A stretch of 64,000 bases of DNA from Ylistrum balloti (GCF_031769215.1 NW_026782099.1:2294001-2358000), one strand, 5' to 3'; counted from the stretch's first letter, positions 25,205 to 40,297 are shown. Notes: generated by a model not told the origin, from the letters alone. Made by a program: numbers and translations.

Positions 25205-26340
25205 TTATCACTGACATTCCTGTCCTGTCTCTATAGAGGCCTAGTGGTACTGGACTAGGGGTAACAGGGAACTAGGGTGTGTACCAGAGGTATCACTGAC
25301 ACTCATGTCCTGTCTCTATAGAGACCTAGTGGTACTGGACTAGAGGTAACAGGGAACTAGGGTGTGTACCAGAGGTATCACTGACATTCCTGTCCTGTCT
25401 CTATAGAGACCTAGTGGTACTGGACTAGAGGTAACAGGGAACTAGGGTGTGTACCAGAGGTATCACTGACACTCATGTCCTGTCTCTATAGTGATATTGG
25501 ACTAGAGGTAACAGGGAACTAGGGTGTGTACCAGAGGTATTACTGACACTCATGTCCTGTCTCTATAGAGACCTAGTGGTACTGGACTAGAGGTAACAGG
25601 GAACTAGGGTGTGTACCAGAGGTATTACTGACACTCATGTCCTGTCTCTATAGTGATACTGGACTAGAGGTAACAGGGAACTAGGGTGTGTACCAGAGGT
25701 ATCACTGACATTCCTGTCCTGGACTAGAGGTAACAGGGAACTAGGGTGTGTACCAGAGGTATCACTGACACTCATGTCCTGTCTCTATAGTGATACTGGA
25801 CTAGAGGTAACAGGGAACTAGGGTGTGTACCAGAGGTATCACTGACACTCATGTCCTGTCTCTATAGAGACCTAGTGGTACTGGACTAGAGGTAACAGGG
25901 AACTAGGGTGTGTACCAGAGGTATCACTGACACTCATGTCCTGTCTCTATAGAGACTTAGTGATACTGGACTAGAGGTAACAGGGAACTAGGGTGTGTAC
26001 CAGAAGTATCACTGACATTCCTGTCCTGTCTCTATAGAGACTTAGTGATACTGGACTAGAGGTAACAGGGAACTAGGGTGTGTACCAGAGGTATCACTGA
26101 CATTCCTGTCCTGTCTCTATAGAGACCTAATGGTAGGACTAGAGGTAACAGGGAACTAGGGTGTGTACCAGAAGCATCACTGACATTCCTGTCCTGTCTC
26201 TATAGAGACTTAGTGATACTGGACTAGAGGTAACAGGGAACTAGGGTGTGTACCAGAGGTATCACTGACATTCCTGTCCTGTCTCTATGTAGACCTTATG
26301 GTAGGACTGAAGGTAACAGGGAATGAGGTTGTGCACCAGT
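25205..26340. repeat. Minisatellite, 85 bp unit with 77 bp deletion variants, containing the palindrome GTCTCTATAGAGAC
   Basis: Units start at 25211, 25296 and onward; about 14 copies. Confidence 0.95.
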
Positions 26341-28547
26341 AATGTCAACCAATCAAAGCTCCATAACCTTCCTGTCTCCAGATACCTGTTTTTCTTTAAA
26401 TGTTTGTTGTGATTTCCATGCACCACCAGGTAATTTAGCTGTTTAAAATATAATTGTAACCATCAATATCAAAGAGGATCTACCTCCTACTCTAAACACT
26501 GTACATGTGTTAAGATTAGGACACAATAAGCATGTCAGGTTTATGAATCAATAATGACCAGAACTACTTAATTTTCTAGTGATCTCCCCTTATGAAAATG
26601 GCATTATTTGTTATAACATAGATTTATCATAACATGAACGCCATTTCAGGGGTCACTCTCACTTCCTGTCAATTACGACTGGTTTTCCAGCCAATCGTAT
26701 TGTAACAATGTAATGGATGTTCTGTTACATTAGTTCTATAGACATAGATATGGTTTAACACATGTTTGACGAGACAGGAACATGGTCAGAAATGCCGCAC
26801 AAGATGTCAGCATTTTTTCCATTATCCTTCCTCTCTTCTCTTTTTTAATGAAAGAGGACTTCACTATACATTCCATGTATATTACACGTATGGTATCTTT
26901 GTTACAACTGTATGATACCAATATGATATGTTAATACAGGGAACATTTAGACAGTGACCTTGACCTTCAGGCAATTATCTTAGCTAATTCCCCCCTTGAA
27001 ATAATTTCATTAATGCTAGAATGTTTCTTGACTGTTGGTGAATCAACCTTGCTGTAAATGTGTGAGGATTGCCTGTCAAGGTTTTCTACATAATGAACTA
27101 AAAGCTAGCTTTTTGTCCTTACATTCTGTATCACTGTTAGTTCATGTTCAATTCACAGGAAACAAAACCATCAGAATACATGTGTTTTCACTCAGTACCA
27201 TCCACTTTTACACTTGTCATCGACCAGCTTGTTGACAACTGTTATGGGGCTTGCCATGCCACATCGGAAAGCACTGGTGCAGCAGCTGGATCAGATTTTA
27301 TTGATAAAGACTGAAGGGTCGAAATCTTATCATAATCAGTGCAACAACACGATGCAGAGGTGGCGGAAAGAATCTCTTCCCGATCAGAGCAGCAATAAGG
27401 TTTGGCAGCTGTAGTCCGCTTAACATCTGACAACCTAGGAAGAATTTCATCTTCCTCATAATCTACTCAACAAGGAAACCATTTTATTTCCAATTCAGAG
27501 GCTAAAGTATCTTATCTACATCATAAGCCAGTTAACAAGCAGCAACCTCCTACAGGACAACGAGTCAGATCTATCTCTGTGATCAGCATCACCATCAGTG
27601 CTGCAATATTGTACTGTGGAGTTTGTGTGAACATCACATCAGCATGCATAGCTCTACAATAGTGACATTTTTTGTAACATTTTTTGTAAATTATGTCGAA
27701 GTAGTTAATGTAGATCTTGTTGCCCAGCAAATCTGCAGAATCTACAGAGGAATTTAGTGGGGAACAAAACAATGAAACATCAGCAGATTATGATGGGAAA
27801 GCCTTATCATCTAGTGTGACAGCTGGAATTACCCCAAACCTACAATTATTGGACACCCTAACCTGTCACTATTACCACACAGCCCCAAGCTTTATCTCTT
27901 GTCTTTGGAAGTCAGACACATATTGTTTTACACAACTTTTTAATTTGTTTCAGCACTAATGGTACAGGAAGCTGTCAAATCATGATATAGTAGCTTCAGC
28001 ATTCACTAAACATTAGTAAATTACCTCCCTTATCTGGAACTCGTAACTCACCACAACTTTGTGTTGTAATTCAACTCACTGTAAAAGTTCTCCAACTGCA
28101 ATAACATCACACATCAAGTGAAACTTTCGAGAAAAAAAAACATCCTGTTTCTTCATCCCAGTATTTTCCCTTGAATGAATTTTCAAATGTTGACTTAACT
28201 TCTATGACAGCTTCCATATTGGTGGCTTAACAAACAAATCATTAGAAGAGGGCACTCACTAGAAGTTTAACACACCCTATAATATAATTTTCTACTAAGT
28301 GATCTATAAAATGAGTAGTACAACTTAAACTATAAAAGGTCTCTTTACTACTGTGAATCCTGACATTAATTGAAATATGAAGACTAACATTTAACATTTA
28401 GTGCAACCTTATGGTTTGACCTCACAACACCAACACCGAATATTGAAAGTATTCTTGGCTTCACTGAGTGTATACAGTGGACTACAGCTACAAACGACGG
28501 TGAAAAACTTTATCCATAGTGAAATACTGTCAAATTTTATACATAGT

Positions 28548-30510
28548 GTAGACAGTGGAATACTGCTACACTGTAGCCTGGGTGTAGACAGTGGAATACT
28601 GTTACACTGTAGCCTGGGTGTAGACAGTGGAATACTGTTACATTACACTGTAGCCTGGGTGTAGACAGTGGAATACTGTTATACTGTAGCCTGGGTGTAG
28701 ACAGTGGAATACTGTTATACTGTAGCCTGGGTGTAGACAGTGGAATACTGTTACACTGTAGCCTGGGTGTAGACAGTAGAATACTGTTACACTGTAGCCT
28801 GGGTGTAGACAGTGGAGACAGTAGACAGTGTAATACTGTTATACTGTAGCCTGGGTGTAGACAGTGGAATACTGTTACACTGTAGCCTGGGTGTAGACAG
28901 TGGAATACTGTTACACTGTAGCCTGGGTGTAGACAGTGGAATACTGTTACACTGTAGCCTGGGTGTAGACAGTGGAATACTGTTACACTGTAGCCTGGGT
29001 GTAGACAGTGGAATACTGTTACACTGTAGCCTGGGTGTAGACAGTGGAATACTGTTACACTGTAGCCTGGGTGTAGACAGTGGAATACTGTTACACTGTA
29101 GCCTGGGTGTAGACAGTGGAATACTGTTATACTGTAGCCTGGGTGTAGACAGTGGAATACTGTTACACTGTAGCCTGGGTGGAATACAGTGGAATACTGT
29201 TACACTGTAGCCTGGGTATAGACAGTGGAATACTGTTATACTGTAGCCTAGGTGTAGACAGTGGAATACTGTTACACTGTAGCCTGGGTGTAGACAGTGG
29301 AATACTGTTACACTGTAGCCTGGGTGTAGACAGTGGAATACTGTTATACTGTAGCCTGGGTGTAGACAGTGGAATACTGTTACATTACACTGTAGCCTGG
29401 GTGTAGACAGTGGAATACTGTTATACTGTAGCCTGGGTGTAGACAGTGGAATACTGTTACACTGTAGCCTGGGTGTAGACAGTGGAATACTGTTATACTG
29501 TAGCCTGGGTGTAGACAGTGGAATACTGTTATACTGTAGCCTGGGTGTAGACAGTGGAATACTGTTATACTGTAGCCTGGGTGTAGACAGTGGGGTGTAG
29601 ACAGTGGAATACTGTTACACTGTAGCCTGGGTGTAGACAGTGGAATACTGTTATACTGTAGCCTGGGTGTAGACAGTGGAATACTGTTATACTGTAGCCT
29701 GGGTGTAGACAGTGGGTGGAATAGACTGTTACTGTAGCCTGGGTGTAGCCAGTGGAATACTGTTATACTGTAGCCTGGGTGTAGACAGTGGAATACTGTT
29801 ATACTGTAGCCTGGGTGTAGACAGTGGAATACTGTTATACTGTAGCCTGGGTGTAGACAGTGGAATACTGTTACACTGTAGCCTGTAGACAGCTGTTACT
29901 GTTACACTGTAGCCTGGGTGTAGACAGTGGAATACTGTTATACTGTAGCCTGGGTGTAGACAGTGGAATACTGTTATACTGTAGCCTGGGTGTAGACAGT
30001 GGAATACTGTTATACTGTAGCCTGGGTGTAGACAGTGGAATACTGTTACACTGTAGCCTGGGTGTAGACAGTGGAATACTGTTACACTGTAGCCTGGGTG
30101 TAGACAGTGGAATACACTGTAGCCTGGGTGTAGACAGTACTGAATACTGTTACACTGTAGCCTGGGTGTAGACAGTAGTGGAATACTGTTACACTGTAGC
30201 CTGGGTGTAGACTGGGTGTAGTGGAATACTGTTACACTGTAGCCTGGGTGTACTGTTACACAGTGGAATACTGTTACACTGTAGCCTGGGTGTAGACAGT
30301 GGAATACTGGAATACTGTTACACTGTAGCCTGGGTGTAGACAGTGGAATACTGTTATACTGTAGCCTGGGTGTAGACAGTGGAATACTGTTACACTGTAG
30401 CCTGAGTGTAGACAGTGGAATACTGTTATACTGTAGCCTGGGTGTAGACAGTGGAATACTGTTATACTGTAGCCTGGGTGTAGACAGTGGAATACTGTTA
30501 TACTGTAGAT
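28548..30510. repeat. Minisatellite, 36 bp unit GTAGACAGTGGAATACTGTTACACTGTAGCCTGGGT
   Basis: More than 50 copies with occasional indels. Confidence 0.96.
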
Positions 30511-33283
30511 TGGGTTTAAACAGTTGAATACTTGTACAATGTAGACTGGGTGTCGGCAGTTGATTATTTGCCTTGGATCTTTGTAGTATTGAGGTCATCA
30601 GTAAACAAAGAAATCTTCCTTTTACAAGGTTTATAAAAAGGTACGTGACACACTTAAGGAGACCTGATTTTACACCTGTAAGCCCAGGTACATTAAGTCT
30701 ATATAGACCTTTTAAGATATTGCATATTTATGCATTGATAAAAGGGCGGGTGGTTAATATTCTAAAAATACCAGGTATACACCTATGTAGAAATACTATG
30801 ACTTACACAGTCTACATGTAAATTTCCTCAAACTTTACAAGAAACATAAAATGAATGTGATCGTTGCTGTTCCAGGAAAAATATATATATATATCTCTAT
30901 AATGTTTTTGATAAAAACAGAGCTTTCTGTTCACACTAACACTTCATTTATTTCCTTTTCAAATCATTTTCATTTTATTTTATTTCCTTTTTACAGTGTA
31001 TTTACTTCAACAAATGCAGTGTAAGCTACAGATTCCATAGGCACCGGTCTTGATTCACCTACTGTTATAGCATATAGGGACAATTCCCTGAGGAGACCTT
31101 TCAAACTCATTTACCTACATATATTGTATGGTGAAACATGAATTTAATATCATAGCTTCCAAAAATGCTTCTGATGTGGAAAGACAACTTCAATACAAAA
31201 CTGCCGATACAACACAAACAATTGGATTTTGCCAATTCCACCCTTATGTTATATGCCATATCTCTTGTCTGTATGACATATACTGGTTATTATGTCTGAA
31301 GAGGGCACACAGCAGTGTTAAGTATATATAGACTCCTGTTTCTGTTATATTAGACTGATGGAAACAATAATCTGCAGTAAACATTGTATTTACTGTGACC
31401 CCTACCATAATTTCTGACTGATAATTTACACGCCCACATAGCAGTCACCCTGTTATAAAGCAATAATTATCAAATTTGTTGAGTTAGGCTCCAGTTCGGT
31501 TCGACCTGACAATTCTAAATGGACAGATTGTGACCATCCGTATCACTGTACATCATAACATAGAGGAATTGTTTGGAAACCCTGAGAGAGTTTGGTTAAC
31601 CAATACACACTGGTGCCTGAATCCGTTTCTTCATCCAACTTATAATATTCTAAAGTAAGTTCTAGAAATTCTGAATTTCTATCAGGAACAAATCTAAATG
31701 TTTTAGGATTAAAACGCTGCAGTTTTGTAGAAATAAATCAAACATCACTCCATTACTAATTTGCTTTTTGAAATACCAATATTCCTGTGTATCATATATC
31801 TGTAATCAACATTTTCAACAGACGCTCAGAAAGTTCTGATTTACCGTGACTTTGTTACAGCATAAAACCTATTTTGATGTGAAGGAGGATATGACTTATA
31901 ATGGTACAGCTGGTGATACTTCTGACCTACTCACTATGTCATCTCAAACTCATGTCTCGAGGAATACAACTCCGCTTAAAAAGATTTTTAACAATAAAAT
32001 ATTCTGCACTATTAGTGAGGTCTTTTGAAGATTTAAAGTAATACTGCTGTGGCCCCATCACCCTTCTACTAGGTAGACATAAATATATTTATAAAACATC
32101 AAACTGAAAACAGGAATCTTTTCAATCTAAAACAGGAATACCCTTTAGTTAAAAGACCTCCTGTTAAAGTACACATGACAATTACTGTCTTACCAACAAT
32201 ATGTTAAAACATTGATTTAATCTTAATATTATACCCAGCTTCACAACCTCATGGTGTCAATAGGGTGGGTAGCTTCACAACCTCAACATATCTATCATGT
32301 AGTTAGATACCATTTCTAAACTCTTCCATCATGACACCAGCTAGTTATTGTAATGTCCTCCACAATGTCTTTAGCAGGATGACAAAATGGCATCAAATAA
32401 ATTTCCTAAACTTGTTCAATAACATGACACTCCTATTAAATAACATTAGCTTACATTTTTCAATTTCTAAGTGAGCAATATTTGATGTGAATTCCATTTG
32501 GACTTTAACTAGAAACATTTTCCCTAACATGGTTTTATATTACTTGTTTTTCTTACATACAATCAATGAAGTTGAAAAGAACTTTTTCTCCCATGAACTT
32601 GAATGATGTAAACTGAACATAATTTGGGAGGCTGTTCCCATTGAAACCTCGTCTCAGTCAATACTATTTCATGGCCTGCTGAAATAATGTGAATGTTGTT
32701 CGGCAGTGTTAGAAAAAAACACCCGGGAGGACTCATATTCTACTTCATCTCTAGATCAAATCTCCCCCAACTATTTTAATGAGTTGGCCATAAGGTGAGG
32801 CTGACCTTTGAGAAGCCATTCTACAAAATCACAAACATCACATCAATGGTAAATCCATCAAAAAACGTTAACAGTATCAAAAAATGTCTTAGAGAAACAA
32901 ACACGATTTCAGTAATAAAAGCAAAAACACAAACGAGCTGTTGGAACTACAGATACGACAGACAACATATCTCCTGACTCTCCTACACACAAGCACAACG
33001 GCGATAATGGAATATTAACGACCATTTCTATATTACTTTGATACAAGTTTTATTGTGGCTATTAAACTTTCAGGAACGCCTGACAACTTACAAAGAATTA
33101 AGGTGTGTGATTAACTATTTCTAAAGCCTTAACATGAATCTAATTATTGAAAATGAATGGATCAGCAATTTCCCTATGCTTTGATCAAAACCCTGCAAGT
33201 CCCACTGAAATGTACTTCTAGGTAATTTTATCACTACAAGAAACTAATTTAAATAGCTCCATCTATATCTAGGTCCAGTAAGT

Positions 33284-34031
33284 GTGGACAGATGGACAAA
33301 CAACATGCAGTGCTGTAGAACTTTGTCAGTAGTGGGCAAATGGACAGCCAACATACAATGTTATAGAACCCTGTCAGTGAAGGAAAGATGGACAGACAAC
33401 ATACAATGCTGTAGAACCCTGTCAGTAAAGGACAGATGGACAGACAACATACAATGTTGTAGAACCCTGTCAGTGAAGGACAGATGGACAGACAACATAC
33501 AATGATGTAGAACCCTGTCAGTAAAGGACAGATGGACAGACAACATACAATGATGTAGAACCCTGTCAGTAGTAAACAGATTTGGTATAATAATGACGAG
33601 CTTCGTCAGTAGCAGATAGATGGACTGACAAATTAATATGCCATAGAACCCTGTTAGTTGTTAACAGAGAGACAGAAATGTTACAAGACTGTAGTACCCT
33701 TTCATAAGTGAAGAGACAGACAGACAAAGCAAAATGCCATAGACACTTATCTCTAGTGAAACTGATAGAAAGTCTAAGTATGAATGCTTAAGAACCCTGT
33801 CAGTAGTGAACAGATAGTCTGAAATGGTGCAAGGCTGTAGCACCCTGTCATAAGAGGACAGATGGACAGACAAGATAAAATGCTGTAGACTGCTGTCAGC
33901 AGTGAACAGATAGAGGACAGATGGACAGACAAGATAAAATGCTGTAGACTGCTGTCAGCAGTGAACAGATAGAGGACAGATGGACAGACAAGATAAAATG
34001 CTGTAGACTGCTGTCAGCAGTGAACAGATAG
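33284..34031. repeat. Related tandem arrays: 48 bp unit x about 6 (33284-33570) and 59 bp unit x 3 (33854-34031), sharing GGACAGATGGACAGACAA...TGTAGA...CTGTCAG
   Basis: 59-bp copies start at 33854, 33913 and 33972; diverged units lie between the two blocks. Confidence 0.9.
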
Positions 34032-34756
34032 ACAAAGTGGAATGCTGTAGACCCAGGTAACAATTCTATGGGCCTGCCAGTTGGAGACTGATGAAAGAAC
34101 TTAATTTGAACATATTAATCATCAGTTTACCTATAAAGCTGATAAATTACGAGGCATGTCCTGCATAAATTGTGTAAATCACATGATTATGTGACAATAC
34201 CCCGTAGGATGTCTGCCAGTATATCCAACTCCAGTCATTAGTGTAAATCTCCTTTATCAGGTTCTATTTTCTATACCAATCTTTCAGGTACTCTCCAGTT
34301 ACCTTTAATTCACAATTCAATTTCTCTTCTCAACAAATTTACAAAGTAAACAGACCTACCCCATATGTATACTATCATATTTACTCTTTACAACTTGTCA
34401 ACTTCATTTATGTTTTGACTGACCTAAATTTAGTGTTTTCAAATATTCAGACAACGATAAAATATTTCCAATCGAGGAAATTTGAGAACAAGGTCTAAAC
34501 TTTAAGTTTCCTAATGTAATAAGAGCCATTCTGATAGTTATAAAAACAGTATCATTTGGAAGTCAGTTAAGGATGGACCAGTGTTTTGTATTGGTGTTGA
34601 TAAAGAGGACGTTGGTAACAGAGGTCATTTATCATACAAGGGATATCAGAAAGTGTTAATGCATATGTAAAAAGAGTAAGATCTGGTTAACAATGCTTTA
34701 TTTTTCAATACAGTTCAATTCTTGCTCCATCTCCTTCCCCAACCCCCAGAATCTCA

Positions 34757-34912
34757 GATCAACTCTAGGTCAAAAGCCTGGGATCACAGATCAAGTCTTT
34801 GTCAAATGCCCTGGGGTCTAAGATCAAGGCTTTGTCAAAGGCCCTGGGGTCTAAGATCAACTCTCTGTCAAACATTACAGGATCTTGGATCAAGGCTTTA
34901 TAAAAGGCCCAA
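34757..34912. repeat. Short tandem repeat, 33 bp unit GATCAAGGCTTTGTCAAAGGCCCTGGGGTCTAA
   Basis: Copies at 34789, 34822, 34855 and 34888, plus a degenerate first copy. Confidence 0.8.
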
Positions 34913-36420
34913 GTTATAGCAAAGCAAGTTTTAATATTGAAGTTTCTGGTGAAGCCATGAAACCTTTCATCAATTGTCTCATTCTTTATAAATAAAATTT
35001 ATATCAGCATAAAGATATATTTTCTTATTTCTACCCACAGAAATACACATGCAAGATAAACCTGCTGTAGAGTGACTCAACTTGTCCTATATCACCTACA
35101 ATAAAATCAATATTCCAGCAGTTCAATTATGTTTGCTTTACCGGTAAATGTCAAGTGATATTGTAGGTAAAACCAGGTCGTTGTTGTGACAGTGACACAA
35201 TTTTATTTTTAATTTCTAATTTCTTTTTTTTTTTTCTTAGACAAGACAATTTAGGGAGTGATTTCTTCTGTGCACTCAATTTCATTGAAACCTGTTCTAT
35301 TTGTACAGTTATTTGTATTAGGACAGACTAACCTGAATTTATTATGCTGATACAGACTTGAAATTACTAATCCATCAAACGCTGCCATTCAATTTGCCTA
35401 ACATGGTGCAGTTAAACACATTTATTTAAACTTTCATTTGTGCCTACTAGCCAAACTTCTAGGGAGCATGCACACCTTTAGTTGTACAACACAAAGTGAG
35501 AATGTGACAGGGAATGTATTGTATACTTTACAGGGCAAGCGTTCTCATTAACAGGTCTATGAAACCAAGAACTACAACAGCTTTTTTGGCTCTTAAAAAC
35601 ATCTACAGCAATTTAGGGGTGTGATATTTACCTGGTTTTCACATATCAATACAAAAATGTGTATTGTTAACACCAGTTTCCTCACATGTGGTAGGAAATT
35701 TAATTACTGAAGACTTGATTATGCCATTTGTATTAACAAAGAGGTTTGGCACTAGATTAAACAGTGACAGTGTACATCACACCTTACACTTCATACCATT
35801 TGATAAACTCGCATAATTATAAACCAGACCCCTTCAAAACCTATATGTTATTTCTCACCAGACCAGACACATATAATGCTACTATCATTCCATAAACAAG
35901 GAACAAAGGTCATAGGTCAAACATAACTATGCAAAAGTGAGGTACTGAGGCTAAAGTTTACATGGGTCAAAGGTCACATAATTATTATTACATAACATCA
36001 TGTTTGTAATGCTAGGGAAGAGGTGTGTGCTATGTAGCAGACAATGTCTATTGTACTGTTGGTTAGGTAATTGTGTGGAATCCTGACAATTCCTACAGTC
36101 TTTCCTCAATAAGAGGTATATCACTATTCATTACCAGTCAGCTTACCAAGGCCAAAATATACACTGTACAAAAGGTCACCTATTACCTCAACTACTTACA
36201 CAGAGAGGAAGCATTAGGGGTTAAACCCTCATTAAGTTCAATGGGCCAATAAAATATAGGAAAAGCATATCAAGTGATTTGATAACTAAACTGATAACAT
36301 TTCAAGATATCACTTTCTGAAATGGTCATTGACAAATTATTTCTAAACCTAAACACATATTCAGCCTTTTCATTTAAAAATAGATTAGAGGAAGCCTTCA
36401 ATATTAGGATATCCAAAGTA

Positions 36421-39268
36421 CAGTGACTAGATTAGAGGGAGTCTACAACACTAGGAGAGGTATAGTAACTAGACTAGAGGGAGTCTACAACACTAGGAGA
36501 GAGGTACACTATGGTAACTAGATTAGAGGGAGTCTACAACACTAGGAGAGGTATAGTAACTAGACTAGAGGGAGTCTACAACACTAGGAGAGGTACAGTA
36601 TGGTAACTAGACTAGAGGGAGTCTACAACACTAGGAGAGGTACACTATGGTAACTAGATTAGAGGGAGTCTACAACACTAGGAGGTATGGTAACTAGATT
36701 AGAGGGAGTCTACAACACTAGGAGAGGTATAGTAACTAGACTAGAGGGAGTCTACAATACTAGGAGAGGTACAGTATGGTAACTAGACTAGAGGGAGTCT
36801 ACAACACTAGGAGAGGTACACTATGGTAACTAGATTAGATGGAGTCTACAACACTAGGAGAGGTATAGTAACTAGACTAGAGGGAGTCTACAACACTAGG
36901 AGAGGTATAGTATGGTAACTAGACTAGAGGGAGTCTACAACACTAGGAGAGGTACACTATGGTAACTAGATTAGAGGGAGTCTACAACACTAGGAGAGGT
37001 ATAGTAACTAGACTAGAGGGAGTCTACAACACTAGGAGAGGTATAGTATGGTAACTAGACTTGAGGGAGTCTACAACACTAGGGGAGGTACACAATGGTA
37101 ACTAGACTAGAGGGAGTCTACAACACTAAGAGATGTACAGTATGGTAACTATACTAGAGGGAGTCTACAACACTAGGAGAGGTATAGTAACTAGACTAGA
37201 GGGAATCTACAACACTAAGAGATGTACAGTATGGTAACTAGACTAGAGGGAGTCTACAACACTAGGAGATGTACAGTATGGTAACTAGACTAGAGGGAGT
37301 CTACAACACTAGGAGAGGTACACTATGGTAACTAGACTAGAGGGAGTCTACAACACTAAGAGATGTACAGTATGGTAACTAGACTAGAGGGAGTCTACAA
37401 CACTAGGAGAGGTATAGTAACTATACTAGAGGGAGTCTACAACACTAGCAGAGGTATAGTAACTAGACTAGAGGGAGTCTACAACACTAAGAGATGTACA
37501 GTATGGTAACTAGACTAGAGGGAGTCTACAACACTAAGAGATGTACAGTATGGTAACTAGACTAGAGGGAGTCTACAACACTAGGAGAGGTATAGTAACT
37601 ATACTAGAGGGAGTCTACAACACTAGGAGAGGTATAGTAACTAGACTAGAGGGAGTCTACAACACTAAGAGATGTACAGTATGGTAACTAGACTAGAGGG
37701 AGTCTACAACACTAGGAGAGGTACACTATGGTACCTAGACTAGAGGGAGTCTACAACACTAGGTAGGAGAGGTATTGTACCTAGACTAGAGGGAGTCTAC
37801 AACACAAGGAGAGGTATTGTAACTAGACTAGAGGGAGTCTACAACACTAGGAGAGGTATTGTAACTAGACTAGGTGGAGTCTACAACACTAGGAGAGAGG
37901 TACACTATGGTAACTAGACTAGAGGGAGTCTACAACACTAGAGGAGGTACACTATGGTACCTAGACTAGAGGGAGTCTACAACACTAGGAGAGGTATTGT
38001 AACTAGACTAGAGGGAGTCTACAACACTAGGAGAGGTATTGTAACTAGACTAGGTGGAGTCTACAACACTAGGAGAGAGGTACACTATGGTAACTAGACT
38101 AGAGGGAGTCTACAACACTAGAGGAGGTACACTATGGTACCTAGACTAGAGGGAGTCTACAACACTAGGAGAGGTATAGTAACTAGACTAGGTGGAGTCT
38201 ACAACACTAGAAGAGGTATAGTTACTAGATTAGAGGAGTCTACAACACTAGGAGAGGTATTGTAACCAGACTAGAGGGAGTTTATAACACTAGGAGAGGT
38301 ATTGTAACCAGACTAGAGGGAGTCTATAACACTAGGAGAGGTATAGTTACTAGATTAGAGGAGTCTACAACACTAGGAGAGGTATTGTAACCAGACTAGA
38401 GGGAGTTTATAACACTAGGAGAGGTATTGTAACTAGACTAGTGGGAGTCTATAACACTAGGGGAGGTACAGTATGGTAACTAGACTAGAGGGAGTCTACA
38501 ACACTAGGAGGTATGGTAACTAGACTAGAGGGAGTCTACAACACTAGGAGAGGTACAGTATGGTAACTAGACAAGAGGGAGTCTACAACACTAGGAGAGG
38601 TATTGTAACTAGACTAGTGGGAGTCTATAACACTAGGGGAGGTACAGTATGGTAACTAGACTAGAGGGAGTCTACAACACTAGGAGAGGTATTGTAACTA
38701 GACTAGTGGGAGTCTACAACACTAGGAGAGGTACAGTATGGTAACTAGACTAGAGGGAGTCTACAACATTAGGAGAGGTATGGTAACTAGACTAGAGGGA
38801 GTCTACAACACTAGGAGGTATGGTAACTAGACTAGAGGAGTCTACAACACTAGGAGAGGTATTGTAACTAGACTAGTGGGAGTCTACAACACTAGGAGAG
38901 GTATTGTAACTAGACTAGAGGGAGTCTACAACACTAGGAGAGGTAGAGTATGGTAACTAGACTAGAGGGAGTCTACAACATTAGGAGAGGTATTGTAACT
39001 AGACTAGGTGGAGTCTACAACACTAGGAGAGGTACACTATGGTAACTAGACTAGAGGGAGTCTACAACACTAGGAGAGGTATTGTAACTAGACTAGAGGG
39101 AGTCTACAACACTAGGAGAGGTATTGTAACTAGACTAGAGGGAGTCTACAACACTAGGGGAGGTACAGTATGGTAACTAGACTAGAGGGAGTCTACAACA
39201 CTAGGAGAGGTATTGTAACTAGACTAGTGGGAGTCTATAACACTAGGGGAGGTACAGTATGGTAATTA
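36421..39268. repeat. Minisatellite with interspersed 42 and 47 bp units, CTAGACTAGAGGGAGTCTACAACACTAGGAGAGGTA(CAGTATG/TA)GTAA
   Basis: About 2.85 kb, more than 60 copies; the largest array in the window. Confidence 0.96.
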
Positions 39269-40297
39269 TACTATAGAAAGTCTACAGCACAAGTGAAGTA
39301 GACACAGTATGATATCTTAAGGTTTTGCAAAAACTATTCTTCAGAAAACAAATCAAGATGGAATATAAAGGATATAGGAAAAATGGACGCCCAATTCCAT
39401 AGATATCATAGCAATCACTGCTATAGCAGTAAATTACATACAAGTGTACAACATTTATAAATTAGTCTTCACTAAAAACAGAAAAAACGATCAAACTGAT
39501 TCTGCAAAAGCCTCATGGATGCATCTATAGCCATTACAAGAATTAAATTACAGAATCTTTCCTCTCTGATCAGTCTCACCTGTGAATGTATTTTTTATGA
39601 TTTTGTTAAGCGATATCATGTGGCTACTATGCTATAATGGTTATTATGTAACAGACAAACAGTCTCAAATAAATTTTGTCTGAAAAAATTATTTCAATGA
39701 TTAAACACATCCAGCTGAAGGTCAGTAAGATGTAGATGATATCAACATCATCAAACCTTGCTTCATGTAATCTTCTGAGGATCCAATCATGATCGAAGGG
39801 TAAAAACTGAAAATAAGAATTTTTTCTACAATATTATAAAAATATGTGAAGTAAGAAAGCTTCCCTGACCTTGACATTTATAATTGATGTGTACTGTAGT
39901 TAGTCACTGGGACTCTATACACCTGTATTATGGAGCAAACATGTAAGCTGTTGATACACGAAAACTCAAGCAAAAGCTTTTCAACGGGTGAATACCATTA
40001 ATCAGATCACTACAAGGCCTTGTACATGCCTTCAAGTGAGTCACCTAATGAGAAGCCAGCATGTCAAGGAGCATGCAATGCATGTGCAAAAGCAATGGTC
40101 TCCCCCAAATAGGGAGGCATGAAGTGTTGGAGTTTACTAGCGAAAATTCAGCATCTTTCCTACAACAAATCATGTAAAACAGATGATTATCACTGTTATC
40201 AACCAAGCAAACTAAGCATCAAGTAGGATTCAGCTGCTGGAAGGTAAGCCACCAACGGAGCAAGGCAAGGTATATAAGCAGGTCATGCCAAACCAAC

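Noticed and set aside
27240-27960. Possible decayed LINE (FRPFSL, SAFR..LVDD, PVGGCCL fragments on the minus strand)
   Set aside because: The motifs are in different frames with wrong spacing, so they cannot be supported without a profile search.
28401-30598. CSLGVDSGILLH and STPRLQYNSIPL repeat ORFs
   Set aside because: Products of the 36-bp array, with frequent frameshifting indels.
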